From: Octopus vulgaris
Lineage: Eukaryota
Assembly: GCA_951406725.2 (NCBI GenBank)
Contig: OX597841.1
Coordinates: forward strand, 16,368,001 to 16,432,000
Length of the DNA: 64,000 nt
Direction of reading: 5' to 3'
Shown: piece by piece, positions 55,397 through 64,000 of the stretch
How positions within the stretch are numbered: the stretch's first letter is position 1
How the letters are laid out: every line of letters begins with the position of its first letter
Made by a program: the position numbers and the translations under genes
The notes under the pieces: model-generated
Told to the model about the DNA's origin: nothing
The model's input: the letters and a program-made list of their open reading frames with translations, nothing else
Databases searched by the model: none

Positions 55397-55473
55397 CATC
55401 ATCATCATTATTATGTTTATTATTATTACCATCATCATCATCATTATTATTATTATGATTATTATCATCATCA

Positions 55474-55522
<49 letters not shown>

Positions 55523-55565
55523 TATTATTATTACTATTATTATTATTATTATTATCATTATTATC

Positions 55566-55655
<90 letters not shown>
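54635..55655. repeat. (CGT/CAT)n, (CTT)n and (TTA)n microsatellite fields
   Basis: Directly visible. Confidence 0.92.
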
Positions 55656-55658
<3 letters not shown>

Positions 55659-55779
55659 GTGATTGTGTGTTAGTATTAGTTTTACTGAAATTTTTCTACA
55701 CCAATATTATTTTAATTTTATTATCTGTTTATTTATTTATTTCTTTTCTGTTTTCTTTTTTTCATTAATTTGTCATTTC

Positions 55780-56340
55780 GTCGTTTCCGACTTCGTTCCA
55801 CCCCCACCCCCACTCCCACTCCGTTTCCCCCGCTCCTGCCTTCGTTTTCCGAAATTCGGAGCCACCCGACACACCCGCCTGCCCGCCTGCCCGCCTCCTC
55901 CACTTCTCTCTCTCCTTCAACCTTGAATCTTTCCTTTCCGCCATTTTATTACAAGCCTTGGTAATCATTATCCTCTTGAACACCACCGTCACCATGATCG
56001 CCGCCGTCGCCGAGGCCGCCACTGTCGCCAAGGCTGCCGCCGCCGCCAAGGCTGCCGCCACCGCCGCCAAGGCTGCCGCCGCCGCCAAGGCTGCCGCCAC
56101 AGCCGCAAAGAAATTCCGCCACCACGACCATTCTCACCATTCTCACCATCATCATCATCATCATCAACATCGTTACCACCAACGTCATGATGAACACTCC
56201 CCCCCTTCACTGCGTTACTACTACTACTACTACTGCTACTACTACTGCTGCTGCTGCTGCCGCCGCTGCTGCGGAGTACCAGCGGGTACCAGACATGGTT
56301 GCTTTGACCACGAGATGAGTTAATTCAAAGCTGGAGACCG
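55780..56340. other. GC/CpG-rich island with (GCC)-based 18/21-bp repeats and YY1 motif; possible promoter or exon
   Basis: CCGCCATTTT at 55938-55947; GTCACCATG opens MIAAVAEAATVAKAAAAAK...HHHHHHH; GA repeat at 56345-56380. No recognisable protein domain. Confidence 0.3.
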
Positions 56341-56495
56341 AAACAGAGAGAGGGGGGGAGAGAGTGAGAGAGAGAGAGAGACAGAGCAAGACAAGACGAA
56401 AGAAACAGGGGGAAAGAAAATGACAATATATATATTCAATCCTGTGTGTGTATATATATATATATACGTATATATATATGTATACGTATATATAC

Positions 56496-56526
<31 letters not shown>

Positions 56527-56527
56527 C

Positions 56528-56742
<215 letters not shown>

Positions 56743-57000
56743 GTATATATATATATATATACACATATGTACATACAAATATATATATATATACACATAT
56801 GTACATACAAATATATATATATATACACATATGTACATACATATATATAAATGTATACACACACACACACACACATATATAAGAATTAACCTATGCACGT
56901 ATAAAATATATCCATACGTATGTATGTATGCATGTAAGAATATACATGTATATACTTATGTGGATATATATGCATATATATATGATTGTATATATATATA

Positions 57001-57034
<34 letters not shown>

Positions 57035-57465
57035 GCTTTGTGTGCATATATGTGTGTAAATTCGTATAAATAAAATGCGTGCTTTAATATAGATGCACTG
57101 GCAGATGGAAGCATGTGTCTAATTATACATGCATACATATACATACATAAACACATATATACACATATATACACATATATACATACATATACACATATAT
57201 ACATACATATGAATATATATATACATATATACATATATATATATATATACATATATATTCATGCACATACACATAAACATATATATATATGCATATATAT
57301 AAATATAGAAAAATATATATATACGTATATATGTATATATATATATACATACACAAAATCCTTGCTGTTGTATCTTTAAAACATAACAACAAAAAGAAGT
57401 CGATATAATTTGAATTGGTGTTTGAGGATATATATTGGAACATGCGACTTGAGATGTGTATGCCG

Positions 57466-57606
<141 letters not shown>

Positions 57607-57911
57607 TTGTATGTATACACTTATAGGCATGCATATATGCATATCAATGTGTATGGAGAAAAGGATGTATATATACATACGTAAATATATATAAATGTGT
57701 GTGTGTGTGTGTGTGTGTGCTTGTTTTCGTGCGTGTATGTATACATCTGTGCTTCTGTGTGCGTGTGAATGTATTTTAGGGATGTATGTATTTGTGTATG
57801 TATGTACATGAATGTATATACATGCATATATGTATATGTGCCCATGAACATTCGAAAGCTTTTACACACGTCTACGTCGACGTATGTGCCTCTACATACA
57901 AACATATATAC

Positions 57912-57979
<68 letters not shown>

Positions 57980-58086
57980 CTGGATAGATAGATATATGGA
58001 TGTATGAATGACTGCGGGTGTACGTGTGGGTATGTATTCCTTTCTATATGCGTTTATATGTAAATATCTCAGAATATAGGTATATG

Positions 58087-58155
<69 letters not shown>

Positions 58156-58213
58156 TCATACATACATATATATATATATTCATACATACATATATATATA
58201 TATACATACATAC

Positions 58214-58245
<32 letters not shown>

Positions 58246-58676
58246 ATTTATATATATATTTATATATGGGTGTGATTGCGATTGTGTATTGCTTTTATAT
58301 GCTATATGTATATCTATTTATCTGTCTGTTTTTCTATCTATCTATCTATCTATCTCTCTCTCTCTCTCTCTCTCTATCAATCTATCTATCTATCTGTTGC
58401 TATAAATAATTGTATTTCCTCTCTATTTATTTCTCTACCTCTCTCTCTTCCCCTCCCCTTCTCTCTCTCTCTCTCTCTGTCTCACTCTGTTTCTGTCCCT
58501 CCCTATCTCTCTTTCTCTTCCTCCCCCCTCTCTCTCTAACTCCCCCCCTATTTCCTCGTTCTTTCTCTCCTTCCCTCTTCTAATGGGTCCGATAGTTTTT
58601 CCAGAAATTTCCTTAACTCAAATGTTTTATATTTAAAACATCTTCAAACACTGCTTGTAAACCAGGCACCACCACC

Positions 58677-58708
<32 letters not shown>

Positions 58709-58985
58709 AAGCAATAATAATAATAATAATAATGATGATAATATGAATAAGCACAATCATTGTAGATTCAATAATAATAAGAACAATATGGCAATCATCA
58801 TAAAAATTATGATGAGGATGATGATGATAATACTAATTAAGATGATAGTAATAATAATGACAATACAAATAATAATAATGATGATGATGATGATGATAAT
58901 AATGATAATAATGATAATGATAATAATGATGATAATAATAATAATAATGATAATGATAATAATAATAATGATAATAATAATAATG

Positions 58986-59037
<52 letters not shown>

Positions 59038-59044
59038 TAAGATG

Positions 59045-59640
59045 ATGAAGAATGAAAAGAAGGAAAAGAAGGAGAATGACAACAAGAACAAGAAGAAAGA
59101 AAAGAAGAATGAAAACAAGAAGGAAAAGAAGAAAAGGAAGAAGAAAAGGATGAAGGAAAAGAAGAAAAAGAATGAAAACAAGAACAAGAAGAAAGAAAAG
59201 AAGAATGAAAATAAGAAGGAAAAGAAGAAAAGGAAGAAGAAAAGGATGAAGGAAAAGAAGAAAAAGAATGAAAACAAGAACAAGAAGAAAGAAAAGAAGA
59301 ATGAAAATAAGAAGGAAAAGAAGAAAAGGAAGAAGAAAAGGATGAAGGAAAAGAAGAAAAAGAATGAAAACAAGAACAAGAAAGAAAAGAAGAATGAAAA
59401 CAAGAAGGAAAAGAAGAAAAGGAAGAAGAAAAGGATGAAGGAAAAGAAGAAAAAGAATGAAAACAAGAACAAGAAGAAAGAAAAGAAGAATGAAAACAAG
59501 AAGGAAAAGAAGAAAAGGAAGAAGAAAAGGATGAAGGAAAAGAAGAAAAAGAATGAAAACAAGAACAAGAAGAAAGAAAAGAAGAATGAAAACAAGAAGG
59601 AAAAGAAGGAAAAGAGGAAAAGGAAGAAGAAAAGGATGAA
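59045..59640. repeat. Polypurine minisatellite, ~96-bp unit, 5-6 copies
   Basis: AAGAATGAAAACAAGAACAAGAAGAAAGAAAAGAAG... recurs at roughly 96-bp spacing. Confidence 0.9.
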
Positions 59641-60542
59641 GGAAAAGAAGGATAAGAAGAAGGAAAAGAAGGAAAAAAGAAAAAGAAGGAAAAGAGAAGG
59701 ATAAGAAGAAGGAAAAGAAGAAGGAAAAAAGAAAAAGAAGGAAAAGGGAAGGGAAAGAAGAAGGAAAGGTAGAAGTAGGAGGAGGAAAGGAGAAAATAGA
59801 AAGTTAAGAAAAGGAAAAGATGAAAAATGAATGATGACAATAATAATGATGAAGGAGAGAATGGCGGTGTGAGTGGTTGTGTTTGTAATGGAGGTGATGA
59901 TGATGATGATGGTGATGATGGCGATGGCGGTTGTAGTTTTACAGTTACTGCCATTGTTGTTGTAGTGGTAGTAGTGGTGCTGGTGGTATTAGTGCCATTG
60001 TTGTTGTTGTTGTTGGTGGTGGTGGGATTATTGAAAACGAAAGTAATTTGTCAGGGCACATCTAGTTTGTTGCTTCCTCAAGTTTTGTTTTTATCAGTTG
60101 CTCTTAACATTTTATTGTTGTTTGTTAGGCGCTGAGTTTTGCTGCTGCTGTTGTTGTTGTTGTTCTTGCTGTTGTTGCTCTTGCTGTTTCTGTTGTTGTT
60201 GTTGTTGTTGTTGTTATACATTTTAAAATCCTGTTTTGCAATCTTAAATCTTCGCATCTTTTTTTCTGTTTTTTTTCTCCTCTGCCCCCCTTTCTTCAAG
60301 GAATTCATTTTGTAGCAGATGTCGTTGCTTGCTCCTCTTGTCATGGCTGCCGATTTTTCGCTTTGTTATTGTTGTTGTTGCTGATGTCGATGTCGTTGTA
60401 ATTCACGTCATTGACTTTGATATTGTTGCTGTTGTTGCTGTTGCTGAGATCTTATTTCTCGATGTATTACGAATCTCCGATTGATCAGCGAATTCATCAA
60501 AACGTTGGATATCTAAGATATCGAAGTAATGACTTGACTGTG

Positions 60543-61705
<1,163 letters not shown>

Positions 61706-61712
61706 TTTATGC

Positions 61713-62286
61713 GTTCCAGCCTCCCCTCTCCACGCCATTATATGTACACATTGTAAAGTGTAAAGACCCCCTTCCGTCATGAATGACTATGGGCTTGCAC
61801 CCAGAAAGTTTCCCTCCGAGGCACAAGTCTGGCTAATATTGTTTATGGAAGACCAGCAGTCGCCCGTGCATACCAGCCTCCCCTCTCCATGCCATTATAT
61901 AGTGTACATAGTGTATAGGATAAAGACCCCTTCCGGTCATGAATGACCACGGGACTGAAGCCTGAATGTTCCCCTTTGAAGCACAAGGTCCAAGCAAGGT
62001 TGTTTATAGAAGACCAGCAGTCACCCATGCATGCCAGCCACTCCTCTCCGTGCCACTCCTCTCCGTGCCACTCCTCTCCGTGCCACTCCTCTCCGTGCCA
62101 CCGATGTTATTCAAGGGAAAGGCAAAGCGGCCGATACAGCTTGGCACCAGTGACATCGCAACCCATTTCTCTAGTTGGAGTATTGCTCAAGAACAAAACA
62201 AATAGCCCGTTCGTGAATTGAACTCGCTACCTCATGATTTGAGCCCGACGCTCTTAACACTGAGCCATGCACCATCATGCGCCTTC
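61713..62286 (-). mobile_element. SINE family C with tandemly repeated 3' segment
   Basis: Main copy 61921-62286, extra 3' segment 61760-61895, remnant 61713-61737, plus internal 15-bp repeat (CCACTCCTCTCCGTG)x4. Confidence 0.82.
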
Positions 62287-62532
62287 AATATCTACTGTCG
62301 GTTAGGCATGTGTGAATGAAAATTAAGTTCAGACCTATACATGGTAGCTAGAACTGTTAGAAATAGCAGTCAAATCTCTCTCAAAACACCCTACTGTCTT
62401 AATCCGACAATTCTGCCTATTATGTAGTTTGAATGAGAAACTGTAACTAAAGATTAAAACTATTAACTCCACAAAAGATGAAAGAAGAGAGCAAAAGGTC
62501 TGGCTGACTGTCATCCTGTACTCCCCTTGTTG

Positions 62533-62767
62533 CTAGCGAAATGGTATATGCCTGCTGTGTGAGCGACTGGTTGTTTTAATGGTGGAACAAACGGGAATTC
62601 CATTAGAAAAAGTTTTAACCGATTTTCTCGGTAAGTATGGGAGCTAAGAAAAAATAGCAACCGCATTCCAATCTATGCACCCTTCTCCACATGTGTACCA
62701 TTTTTCAGGCGAACCCACCCAGCCGTTTGGCTGTGAACCTCAAGACATGTCCAATTTATATTATAGA
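62533..62767 (-). mobile_element. Probable short non-autonomous Helitron
   Basis: Minus 5' TCTATAATATAAATT at 62767 and CTAG at 62533; subterminal ATGTGTACCATTTTTCAG...CCAGCCGTTTGGC resembles mini-Helitron bodies; hairpin decayed. Confidence 0.45.
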
Positions 62768-62871
62768 ATATAATTATATATATATATATTTATACAAATA
62801 TATGAATATATATATATATATTTATATAATATATATATATATATAGAAAGAGAGATTAGATAGATAGATAC

Positions 62872-62906
<35 letters not shown>

Positions 62907-63208
62907 GATAGATACATATGTATATAGATAGATACATATATATATATACATATAGATATATATATATATATATACATATAGATAGATACATATATATATA
63001 TAGATAGATACATATATATATATATATACATAGACATATATTTATATATATATATGTGATACATACATGCACATATATTCATACATATATATACATACAT
63101 GCATATGTATATATATGCATATATATATGCATACATGAATATATCTATATTACATACGCATACATACATATATACATATCTATATATGTATACATATTTA
63201 TGTGTGCG

Positions 63209-63253
<45 letters not shown>

Positions 63254-63257
63254 TGTG

Positions 63258-63288
<31 letters not shown>

Positions 63289-63766
63289 TTGTATGTATAC
63301 GTGCAAGTCACTTGTGATATGTATTATAACACTACCGCTTACATATTTTGGACTGTGCCACCGCTTTAAAATGATCAGAACATAAGAAATAGCCATATAT
63401 CTGTACAAGAAGGTGTCTCTCCAATTTTACTTCTAATGAGGCGTGAAATACTATTTGAAGAAAAATTATAAAATGTCGAAAAAAAAAAAAAAAAGCAGGA
63501 GTAAGTAGATATCGTTTTCTATCGGGATCTCACGTTAATCCAATTTGGGATACCATAATAGTAATTTATATGTAGGTACTTACGCATGTGTGGGTGGGTG
63601 AAGCTATTAATTCTCCGTGTTGCTTATTCAGAATTTTTCGTTTGATGTTCCAGGATCGATAGTCAATACAGAGGTGCAAAGGGCGCGGAAAGTATTTGAC
63701 TTGGTGTTTCATATGAGTCGTCATTTAATAATGATATGAGATATATTGCTATTTTTCCACAACAGC

Positions 63767-63848
<82 letters not shown>

Positions 63849-64000
63849 GCAGTTATGTGGTTGCTAGTTTTGTGTCCAATCGGTTTTTGTAATATTCTAA
63901 ATGTGTAATTATGTTGATAGTGCTTATTCTTAAATAGGTTATCAGTCAACCCTCTGCAATCAATAACCGTTTGGTTAATGTTAGATATGACAGTGGTTAC

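Overview
AT-rich eukaryotic non-coding DNA saturated with microsatellites: (TA)n, (CA)n, (CTAT)n, (TAA)n, (GAT)n, (TAG/GTG)n and (GAA)n. The repeat landscape looks like a coleoid cephalopod (Octopus-like) intron or intergenic region; this is an inference from the SINE types and simple-repeat density. Almost all ORFs in the track are microsatellite artefacts and I could not support any host protein-coding gene. Features I can support: about 19 copies or fragments of one tRNA/CORE-like SINE (family A); three further tRNA-derived SINE families (B, C, D); 5'-truncated RTE, RTE-X-like and R4/Dong-like LINE ends; non-autonomous Helitrons; a decayed mariner end; tandem arrays built from a hAT-type MITE end; and many Penelope-like element (PLE) termini. 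Most notable: (1) an intact type I hammerhead ribozyme at 41564-41609 (-) with a decayed twin 459 bp away, a retrozyme-like architecture; (2) a second intact hammerhead with a long stem II at 8659-8745 (-) linked to a PLE ORF-start remnant; (3) one SINE body carrying three different tails; (4) a SINE with two heads and six tails; (5) small unique islands carrying RFX, CTCF-like, E-box and YY1 motifs. Coordinates were counted by eye and element boundaries are approximate unless a TSD or terminal motif is quoted.
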